Shown here in pieces: positions 54,280 to 64,000 of a DNA stretch of 64,000 nucleotides; the stretch's first letter is position 1, and each line of letters begins with the position of its first letter. The notes below the pieces were generated by a model. The model was not told the origin of the DNA and searched no databases. It was given only the letters and a program-made list of their open reading frames with translations. The position numbers and the translations under genes were made by a program. The DNA comes from Octopus vulgaris (lineage: Eukaryota): contig OX597816.1 of NCBI GenBank assembly GCA_951406725.2, positions 82,708,001 to 82,772,000 of the forward strand, read 5' to 3'.

Positions 54280-54314
54280 GTTTAACGTTTCGAGCGGAGC
54301 TCTTCGTCGGAAAC
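54280..54314 (-). ncRNA. Minimal type I hammerhead-like motif with CCGACGA core, inside a CpG-intact insert (54181-54388)
   Basis: GUUU-CCGACGA-A-GAGC-UCC-GCUC-GAA-ACGU-U-AAAC: helix I GUUU/AAAC, helix II GAGC/GCUC, palindromic helix III. Confidence 0.6.
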
Positions 54315-54479
54315 AAAAGAGAAGGAAAGATCCCGAGAAGGGAAGACAGAGGAAAAAAAATTGCTGGCGGTGCTCACGAGGTCACATGTATATATATATG
54401 TATGTATGTGTGTGTGTGTGTGTGTAAGCAAAGTAGCTAGTTGTAAAATCTCAAGAAGAGATCAGAGTAGCAACTACAC

Positions 54480-54745
54480 TAACCAGTAAAGTTAACTGCC
54501 ACATCAAAGTGGCTGTTCCACATTACTACTAGTTTAACCCCAGGCAGATCTACTGCCAGCTGGTTATCGGTGCATCACTGCTCCCTGTACATACATAGAA
54601 GATGTTCACTTCCCTGCTAGCAATATATATGTATGTACAAGGTACAGTGCTGCACTGATAACCAGCTGGCAGACGATCTGCCTAGGGTTAAACTAGTAGT
54701 AACATGGAACAGCCACTTTGATGTGGCAATTAACTTTACTGGTTA
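54480..54745. mobile_element. Foldback element with about 115-bp inverted arms
   Basis: taaccagtaaagttaactgccacatcaaagtggctgttcca... / ...tggaacagccactttgatgtggcaattaactttactggtta. Confidence 0.88.
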
Positions 54746-55029
54746 TATGTATATGCATATATATATATCGTTAATTTGTTTCAATCATTAGACTGTGGCC
54801 ACACTGGAGCACCACCTTGAATTTTCAGTTTCCATCTACCAAATCCACTTACAAGGCTGAGGCTATAGTAGAAGACACTTGCCCAAGGTGGCACGCAGTA
54901 GGACTGAACCTGGAACCGTGTGGCTGGGAAGCAAGCTTCTTACCACACAGCCATGCCTGCACCTATACATACATACATACATACATACATACATGCATAC
55001 ACACACACACACACACACATACATACATA

Positions 55030-55154
55030 CTCAGTCCCACTGTGTGGCACCTTGGGCAAGTGTCTTCTACTATAGCCTCGGGCTGACCAAAGCCTTGTGA
55101 GTGGATTTGGTAGATGGAAACTGAAAAGAAGCCCGTCGTATATATGTATATATA

Positions 55155-55235
<81 letters not shown>

Positions 55236-55472
55236 GTGTGTGTGTGTGTGTGTGTGTGTGTTTGTGTGTCTGTGTTTGTCCCCCTAGCATTGCTTGACAA
55301 CCGATGCTGGTGTGTTTATGTCCCCGTTACTTAGCGGTTTGGCAAAAGAGACCGATAGAATAAGTACTGGGCTTACAAAAGAATAAGTCCCGGGGTTGAG
55401 TTGCTCGATTAAAAGCAGTGCTCCAGCATGGCTGCAGTCAAATGACTGAAACAAGTAAAAGAGTAAAAGAGT
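55030..55472 (+). mobile_element. SINE family A, head-truncated, back-to-back with a minus copy at 54770-54962
   Basis: Sequence match. Confidence 0.88.
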
Positions 55473-55947
55473 ATACATACATACATACATACATACATAC
55501 ATGCAAGCTTCTTAACCACACAGTCATACCTATACCTATATTGTGTATGCTGTGTTAAGGATTGCTAACATCAGGAACTGCTGAAACAATGAAATGTGCT
55601 TGTCTAAATGAAGTTCTATTTCTAATATTTTACCATTCAGCTTGTGATCTGTGGTGTGGTCCATGGATATGATCTGTATGCAACTGTGATGATGTGATAT
55701 GCACAATTTTCATTCCTTGTAATGTGTTATAATTTGAGCTGGCAGAGAGAGATGGGTAGGTAGAATTGGTATTATCCATGATGGGTGAAGCATATTATTT
55801 TTATGCTAGGTGCAGGCATAGCTGTGTGGTAAGAAGTGCTTCCCAACCACATGGTTCTGGGTTCAGTTCCTCTGTGTGGCCCCTTGGGCCCTGGACTGAA
55901 GAAAGCCTTGTGAGTGGATTTAGTAGATAGAAACTGAAAGAAGTCTG

Positions 55948-55979
<32 letters not shown>

Positions 55980-55981
<2 letters not shown>

Positions 55982-56315
55982 TCATCATGCAGTGTTTTAA
56001 ATCTGAGTGTTGTCCCCGTTAACGGGGGTGGCTTGATCTACTTCAATGCCATAGCAACCAAGGTAGGCAGGTGCAGCCCACCCCAACCTTTGGGCTGACT
56101 GGCTGGTGCCCATTCTCCTTTGCTATCATGAGGCTTTTTTGGAGCTGGATTTTCTACAGAGAGCATACCCTTGCTTACCCCCAACCTCAGTTTCTAGACA
56201 TGAGTAGTCCCGAGACCAAGGCCTCTACCATGATTTTAAAGAAATCTGGTGGAAAACTAGCTCAGGAAAGCAGGGATGCTACTCCCTGAGTCTCCTTTCA
56301 GAGCCCCACCACCTA
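55980..56315 (-). mobile_element. Probable 3' end of a different RTE-like element
   Basis: (CAT)n at the left edge and a ctggatttctacag...cccttgctt...ccaacc motif resembling family C. Confidence 0.4.
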
Positions 56316-56763
56316 CTATATATATATCAGTGGTGTACAGTGACTTCTGAGGCTGGTTGTATAATAAATACTTATTGGTTGAGCCAAATCATTTTGAAAT
56401 TATTTAACCAAGAGAACACATTTAGTTATGTAATATGGCCATGGTTTTGAACCATTTTGCTGTCAAAGACAAATCAGCTGCTTCATCAGGCTACTTGCCA
56501 ATTTTGGGAAAATAATTTATATTCACTTGAGCAGCCTGTTCTGATACTTATTGAACTCTGTACATTAAAAGACTACATCTCGCACACACATTGAACATAC
56601 ACGCATATACATAAACACACATACAATGAAAGACAGCCAAAATTCAACATTGTAAAGAGCCCTAAAAGCACTGAACAAAAACTTAGTGTCTCTTTTCATT
56701 TGTTGGGAGTTGCAAAGATGTGAAATATCGCAACATACAAGAAAATGAAGAAATGTAAACTAC

Positions 56764-56815
56764 ACTTACCTTATGAAAGAAAATTTGAAAGAATGTAAAA
56801 AAAAAATTATACAGA
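56764..56815 (-). other. Candidate recursive splice site (AG|GTAAGT)
   Basis: Minus strand ttttttttttacattctttcaaattttctttcataag|gtaagt; no other AG in the upstream tract; junction 56770/56769. Confidence 0.4.
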
Positions 56816-57219
56816 ATGATTTATACATAAACACACACACACACTCACACACACATCTTTTAATGTGTGTGTTTATATTTATGTGTGTATGTTTCAGTCA
56901 TTAGGAGAAATATTTTGAAAATCCTAAAGAGATCTTATGAAAGTAATTGGACATGTATAAGTGTATGTGTGAATTGTAAATCAGTTTCAACAAAATAGAA
57001 AGATAATTCTAGTAAATAAACACAGGATTAATTAGCTATATTATATTTCTGATTTCAGAAATTTTGAAAATTTGTTCAATACAGAGGATGGTTAATGATA
57101 ATAATTTCAAAACTTATGACAAAGCAAAATAGATATTCCAAAGTCACAGCAACATTTGAGCTGATTAATTAAGAATTATAGGATTGTTAATATGTTTTGG
57201 TCAAAATTTTTACATACAT

Positions 57220-57252
<33 letters not shown>

Positions 57253-57364
57253 TATATATGTGTATGTATGTTTCTGTATAATTATATATATGTAAAGATA
57301 TAGTTTTAATTATTTATATACATCTGCATATATTCATGCATAATAATCATCATCTTGGGGTCTG

Positions 57365-58050
57365 TATCAGGGTGTCTTGGCATCACTCACCAAGTCCTTT
57401 GTGAGCCGCTCTCCAGCTATCTATCTGCGGCTTTATATAGCTGTGGTACGACCTCACCTGGAATTTGCATCAGCGGTCTGGAACCCCTATCTTGCCCAGG
57501 ATATTAATTGTCTGGAAACCGTTCAGCGACGTGCAACCAAGAGAATACCCTCCATCAGGCATTTGCCATATTCTGAACGCCTTACTTCCCTGGGCATGGA
57601 CACATTGAAACTCTGACGTCTGGCAGTTGACTTGGCAGACACCCATAAAATTATTAACCATCTTACAAACAATAACTCTGAGCACCTTTTCAAATTCCAC
57701 CTGTCTAACACCCATGGACATGTTTACAAAGTCAGAAAACAGCACAGCTCCCATGACTTTCGGAAACATTTTTTCACGCTAAGAGTTGCTGAAGCATGGA
57801 ACAGACTGCTGGCATCAGTTTTTAGTTGTCGGAGCACTGCATCCTTCAAAACTTCCATGCTTCCTGAGATTCGCCAACACTACACCTGATTTTCCCCCCT
57901 CCATACACACGAAAGCATGTATCTGACTCATACAGTGTTCGCTTTGCAGACATTTGTACATTACTGCATATACTTTATACGCACTTTTGACAAGTTGTGG
58001 TGCACCTGAGCACTGTATACAATAATTTCATTATTATTATATTATTATAT
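57365..58050 (+). mobile_element. 5'-truncated CR1-like LINE (same family as 33613-34812)
   Basis: ASLTKSFVSRSPAIYLRLY..VRPHLEFASAVWNP...FFTLRVAEAWN; internal TGA; 3' UTR and (ATT)n tail. Confidence 0.92.
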
Positions 58051-58190
58051 CATAATTTGACATTTATCATTTCAATGGTAGCATGGGTTGGACAGATCAC
58101 ATAAGCGTCTAGCCATTTGGTGCAGTCCTACATTATCTAACTTGTAGTAACAAAGAAAATATAAATTATTTTTTGATCATATATATATTA

Positions 58191-58925
58191 ATTGCAGCAT
58201 GGAAGGAGTTTGTAAGCCATTTAAGAAACATACAAAAGCCGTTCGATTCACTTCAACATTTAAGTTTAATTTATCAAAATATTTTCATTGCTTTAAGACC
58301 ACGACCTGTTCACTGACAAAAATCCATGCAGTGAACAAGTCGGGGTTTTAAAGCGACGAAAATATTTTGACAAATTAAACGTAAATGTTGAAGTGAATCG
58401 AATGGCTTTTGTGTGTTTTTTAAATGGCTTACAAACACCTTCCAGTCTCTTTTCTCTTTTACTCTTTTACTTGTTTCAGTCATTTGACTGCGGCCATGCT
58501 GGAGCACCGCCTTTGGTCGAGCAAATCAACCCTGGGACTTATTCTTTGGAAGCCCAGTACTTATTCTATCGGTCTATTTTGCCGAACCGCTATGTGACGG
58601 GGACGTAAACACACCAGCATCGGTTGTCAAGCAATGCTAGGGGCACAAACACAGACACACAAACACACACACATACACATATATATATATACATATATAC
58701 GACAGGCTTCTTTCAGTTTCCGTCTACCAAATCCACTCACAAGGCATTGGTCGGCCCGGGGCTATAGCAGACGACACTTGCCCAAGATGCCACGCAGTGG
58801 GACTGAACCCGGAACCATGTGGTTGGTTAGCAAGCTACTTACCACACAGCCACTCCTGCAACTGTTTTCGTTTCAGCACACAATCTCAGATCAAATCACT
58901 TGCTATGCAAGTACACCTCCGTAAT
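58191..58925 (-). mobile_element. Penelope-like foldback element (family G) with GUGAACA hammerhead motif, interrupted by SINE A
   Basis: Arms about 58192-58315 / 58329-58444; the unique extension resumes at 58860-58925; reverse orientation of 62575-62898; flanked by TA repeats. Confidence 0.8.
58447..58859 (-). mobile_element. SINE family A, young copy
   Basis: Near-identical to the reverse complement of 13775-14190. Confidence 0.92.
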
Positions 58926-59016
58926 ATATATTAATTATATTTCTTAAAATCTTATTTATTTATTTTACTAATTTAATTTTATTTCATCTAACCATATTTA
59001 TTTACATTATTCTTGT

Positions 59017-59455
59017 GGAGATGGCTGTGTGGTCAAGATGCTTGCTTTGAACGACGTGGTCTTGGGTTCAGTCCCACTGTGAGGCACCTTGGGTAAATGT
59101 CTTTTACTATAGACCTAGACCAACCAATGTCTTGTGAGTGAATATGGTAGACGGAAACAGTTTGGAAGTCTGCCTCTCATACACATGTATGTATGTATGT
59201 ATGTATGTATGTATGTACGTATGTATGTACGTATGTATGTACGTATGTATGTATGTGTGTGTGTGTTTGATTTGTCACTCACCATCACTTGACATATGGA
59301 GTTGGTTTTTTTTATGTTCCTGTAACCTAGTGGTTCAGCAAAGGAGACTGACAGAAAAAGTGCCAGACTTAAATAATTACTGGGATTGATTTTTTTCAAC
59401 TAAAGCCTTCATGTGGTGCTCCAGCATTGCCATAGTCCAAGGACTTAAGTAAATG
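59017..59455 (+). mobile_element. SINE family A, diverged
   Basis: Sequence match. Confidence 0.8.
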
Positions 59456-60699
59456 AAGATAATGTGTTTTCTTAAAAAAAAACTAGAGTGATGCATAGCA
59501 AAAGCCACATATGGCAGGCAGATTCAAGAGTGCAACGAACAAATATTTTGCAGTATTTGCACATGTTTCTTCATGCTACTAGTTCAATTCCTGACAAGGT
59601 TGACTTTGCCTTTTATTCCTGTAGGGTCAATAAGAATAAATACCTTTCATGAACTGACACAGCTTGCCTCAAATTTCATGGTTTGGTGCCAATGTAAGAA
59701 ATCAATATATTTTTCTAATATATTTTATCTATCTTCCAATTAACCAAACCTAATTATTGCATCATAAATTTTAATAACATTTATCTCTGTTACATGAGAC
59801 ATAATCAAAACCTAAAAAAAAAAAAACGTACTGAAGTTTATTTATAAATTTTAAATTATTAATTTTAACATTCACTATTCATATATTGCCCTCTCTCTTT
59901 TCCACAAATCCCTGAGACTATTCTTGCTTTTTTCTTTTCCCTTTCTTTTCCATTATTCTTCTCCCAGCCCATCACTCATCTGGTACTCTCTCTGCTATTG
60001 CCCCCCTGTTCCTTCCATTATGCTTTAACTTTGGTCAACATGTCACCTTCATCGTTCTATTCATTCTTTTTGTCATGGCTGCTCTTTAGCCTTGTGAGTT
60101 ACAAAAGATGACCTTATTAGAGAAAGCACCAAGTACACTCTTTGAAATGGTTGGTGATTTGAGCAGAACCGATAGGATAGAAAAGCAGAACCTGTAGGGT
60201 TGAAAAGACACTTTAGTTTTGCTGGGTGGCAAAATGTATTCAGTACACTCTGTACAACAGTTAGCATTAGGAAGAACATCCAGCCATAGAAACCATGCTA
60301 AAACCAAGACATTAGAGCAAGATGGGGTCCTCCAGTCTATTAGATCCCTGTTTACCTGTTCAACATTGCTTTCACCATATTTCTCTAGATTGTTTAAGAG
60401 CTTCACCTAAAGCATTGATTTAATTCAAAGCAAACACTTGCTATTGAATCAACACATACTGCCACAGTCTAATATTGGAGTATTATACATGACAAGAAAG
60501 GATTCTTGTGAATGAAAGATAGGTAAAAAACTCAGCAAAGCCAGGTTTAAAATTGCTGCTATTATAAACTATCACATCTTTCTAGTTTATGCCCTATGCA
60601 TGGAAAAAAATGATTTGTAGTAAGTCATGCTATTTCAGTAAATTCTGCAGGCCAAATACCTGTTCATGACATTAATATTAAAGGAATGATGATGAGGAA

Positions 60700-62080
60700 G
60701 TAAATTCAAAGTTTAATTATAAAAACAAATGATAACTTACATTGAGATTCTCGCAAATTGAAGGGAAACCAAGCTCAAATGCTGCAAGATATTGGGGGTA
60801 ATTTGACCTATCATTCTGGCTTCACTATTTACATAGCTACCATTAACTATCAAACATATTGATAGGTATTAAACTTTCTATAATTGTTCGATTAAAAGAT
60901 AGTTGGTATGAAATCAGCTTTGTCATGGCTAATAGGTTTAATTTCTGCAGACATTCTGGAAGACACTATTTCTGATTATTAATCACTAACAAAAGGTTAG
61001 ACACTAAAATTTCAATGTTGAGCTTGCTTCCTAGCTACATGGTTTCGGGTTCAGTCCCACTGCGTGGCACTTTGGGTAGGTGTCTTCTGCTATAGCCCCG
61101 AGCCGACCAAAGCTTTGTGATTGAATTCGGCAGGCGGAAGTTACTGCCGTGTGTGTACATGTGCGTGTAGGTGCTTGTGCCTCTCCGAAAGAGAGAGAGA
61201 GGGATATAGGTTAAAATAAAATTTGTTCAGCCTATCCAGTTTCAGTACATATAGAAAGAAGATTGAAAATGAACAATTCAGTCTTGAAGTGATGGGAATT
61301 ATACCTGTAATAATGGAAATTATACTGCCAATAATGCAACATTAATTGTCTGGGTGCAAAAGTTGAGAATGAGTGCTGATTATATTCTACATTAATAGTC
61401 AAAATTAAAACATTTTCACATTAAACTTCTCATTGTGAAATAATAGTCAATGATATGCACTGGACAAATTTTTTTCTTCATGAGACTTAAAGCGTGCTTA
61501 ACAGCGGATTGGTTTAGATGAAGAAATTATGTGCAATAAATATAAGCAATGGTCTTTACTTAGTCAATAAACTTCAAGTCAGTCTCAAAAATAGCATGTC
61601 TTTTTCCCTACATTTTGTGGAGTCCATATTAAAGGGAATTAATAGCATAATTATTTATTAGGATGACATACTCATCTTTGCAGCAACTCAGAACAAATGG
61701 AATCATCAATTAGAAGGAATTATTGCTAGATTGAAAGAAACCAATGCATTGATTAACCTAAATAAATGCATTAATCATTCAGCTGCTTAAGATTAATTTA
61801 ATATTCAGTGGGATCAAATCATCATAAAGTTTAAAAGATAAGATCTGACAGTTTAGTGATACTAACTCAAGAATTTGAGAAATATTTGGAAGTGATAATC
61901 TATTGCTGTCAATTTATACCAAAATATGAAAACATAGTTGAGCTACTTCTTGCAGGAAAAAAGAATGTCTTGTGATGCATGGGAAATACATTAAGAACTG
62001 GTCATTAAAAAGACAAATTTCTTACACAATATTATGTTTTTGGTAACATTCTCAACTGAGTGTTAAATGACTTTTATTAT
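60700..62080 (+). mobile_element. Decayed Ty3/Gypsy LTR-retrotransposon pol remnant (interrupted by a SINE A head at about 61015-61190)
   Basis: IVWVQK.LRMSADY; FSS*DLKRA*QRIGLDEE; AINISNGLYLVNKLQVSLKNS; ILKGINSIIIY*DDILIF (YQDD, about 61656-61667); LINLNKC. Confidence 0.75.
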
Positions 62081-62083
62081 TGA

Positions 62084-62476
62084 CTAGCAGTATCACCCGG
62101 CGTTGCTCGGGTTTGTAAGGGAAATAATTATATAAGCATTTTTAGAGATGTAAAGTATAATAGCCATCTCAATATGGCTAACCACAAAGGGGGAGGGGTG
62201 TTACTGTAGCTTTTTACGTTCTGAGATTTAATAATAAATTTTAGAGAGTTACTTCCCTTATATATGTCAAAAATGGATTAAAAATGGGAAAAATTGATGG
62301 TAAATTTTTTTAAATCGTAGACTCATCGTAGACGCGTGCTAATACCCAGACGGTCTCGATATGAATCACGACTATAAGATACCCGGTTTTGGTTAAACTG
62401 CACCGCAAAATGTGGGAGTAGTTAGGAATCTAAATCGTAGGAGACAGACACACAACCTCACTTTTATATATAAAGA
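62084..62476 (-). mobile_element. Non-autonomous Helitron
   Basis: Minus strand A|TCTTTATATATAAAAG ... hairpin CCCGAGCAACGCCGGG ... CTAG|T; inserted between A and T, no TSD. Confidence 0.88.
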
Positions 62477-62574
62477 TTTCCTCTATTTACATAATATTGA
62501 GGTCTCTTTCTTTCTTTTGTTATCTTACTGTTTTTACCAATATACATATATATATATATATAAATATATATATA

Positions 62575-62898
62575 GTTACAGAGATGTACTTGCATAGCAA
62601 GTGACTTGATCTGAGATCGTGTGCTGGAACGAAAACAGTTGCAGCGTTGAAGGTGTTTATAAGCCATTTAAGAAGCACACAAAAACCGTTAGATTCACTT
62701 CAACATTTAAATTTAATTTGTCAAAATATTTTCGTCGCTTTGAGACCGCGACCTGTTAGCACGATATTTTTGTCAGTGAACAGGTCGCGGTCTCAAAGCG
62801 AGGAAAATATTTTGGCAAATTAAATTTAAATGTTGAAGTGAATCTAACGGTTTTTGTGTGTTTCTTAAATGGCTTACAAACACCTTCCACGCTGCAAT
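62575..62898 (+). mobile_element. Penelope-like foldback element (family G)
   Basis: About 119-bp inverted arms 62639-62757 / 62779-62897 plus a one-sided extension 62575-62638; in (TA)n. Confidence 0.85.
62769..62819 (+). ncRNA. Minimal type I hammerhead ribozyme motif, G3-C8 core variant
   Basis: UUUGUCA-GUGAACA-G-GUCGC-GGUCUCAAA-GCGA(G; C in the sister arm)-GAA-AAUAUU-U-UG(G; A in the sister arm)CAAA. Confidence 0.65.
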
Positions 62899-63262
62899 AT
62901 ATATATACACACATATATATATATGTATGTATGTATGTATGTGTGTATATGTGTATGCATGTATGTGTGTGTGTGTGCGTGTCTGTGCTTGTGATTGTCC
63001 TCCACCACTGCTTGACAACGAATGTTGGTTTGTTTACATCGCTGTCACCTAGTGGTTTGACAAAGGAAACAGATAGAATAAGTACAATGCTTACAAAAAT
63101 AAAACTGGAGCTGATTCATTAAACTACAATTCTTCAAGGCATTGCCCCAGCATGGCCACAGACCAATGGCTGGAAAAAGCAGAAGAATAAAAGAATACAT
63201 TCTCTGCTTTGGTCTTATGTTCAAGGCATGAGAAAGCTTGAGTTTACATGAGAAGGCCTAAC

Positions 63263-63530
63263 AGACCTGGTAGAAACAGCAGCCAAATCTCCCTCAAATC
63301 ACACCTTACTGTCTTATGTATGTATATATATATGAGCCAATGAGGGGGACCTCTACATGGTAGCTAGACCTGGTAGAAATAGCAGCCAAATTTCCCCCAA
63401 ATCACACCTTACTGTCTTATCTATGTATATATGTATGTATGAGCCTATGAGGGAGAACCCCTACATGGCAGCTAGACATGGTAGAAATAGCAGCCAAATC
63501 TCCCTCAAATCACACCTTACTGTCTTATGT
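63263..63530 (+). repeat. Tandem triplication (about 103-108 bp period) of the 5' part of family E
   Basis: agacctggtagaaa.agcagccaaat.tccc.caaatcacaccttactgtcttat at 63263, 63366 and 63474. Confidence 0.88.
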
Positions 63531-64000
63531 ATGTATATATATATATATATATATATACAAGCCACTACGGTTATTTAATGTAAAGTCTTCCTCAAATCAC
63601 GCTCTCGCTATTTGCTCTCTTCCAAGAACATTTTCACTCACTCTTATCTCTTAGCTTCCCATACATTTTACTCATGTATCTATCAGCGTCATAGACAGAA
63701 ACAAATATTACATCGCCATCGCATTCTATTGTCTACCTGTCAACACACAGTGAATTAGTTTCAGTTTATTCGTTGCACACTGTGTGTGTGCGTTTGCGTG
63801 TGCTGTAACCCAAACTAAGAAAAGCATTTGACATATACACCAGAATGTGAGTTTTCTCTAAATTTTGCTTAATTGGGGTTGAAATTTTAAAAACCGGACC
63901 TGGCAAAACCCGATGCATTCTACTCTTAAAAATGCTAGGTAAATTGTAATTGAAGAAATCCTATATTGTAGATTTCTATAACTGACAAAGGGAGGCAGAT

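Noticed and set aside
63560-64000. Possible second Helitron-like fragment
   Set aside because: No terminal signatures visible within the window.

Overview
AT-rich, microsatellite- and retroposon-saturated animal genomic DNA. The SINE repertoire looks like a coleoid cephalopod, probably Octopus (recalled, not searched). There is no intact long gene. The window is most likely intronic/5' territory of one large minus-strand gene: three short ATG-bearing candidate exons (47553-47624, 22896-22938, 5879-5900) all end in phase 1, two of them lie in CpG-retaining promoter-like zones, and there is a possible recursive splice site at 56769/56770. Mobile DNA includes at least four SINE or SINE-like families (one in head-to-tail arrays), and RTE, CR1-like, R4/Dong and Gypsy remnants. 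There is also a DD37D (maT) transposon, hAT/piggyBac/mariner MITEs, a Helitron and several foldback elements. The most notable signal is a set of small non-coding elements, several embedded in (TA)n, carrying minimal type I hammerhead-ribozyme motifs of the Penelope-like kind. One foldback family has the core GUGAACA, i.e. the C3-G8 tertiary pair swapped to G3-C8; another has CCGACGA. Repeat boundaries were placed by eye and are approximate (tens of bp) unless TIRs, TSDs or splice sites are quoted.
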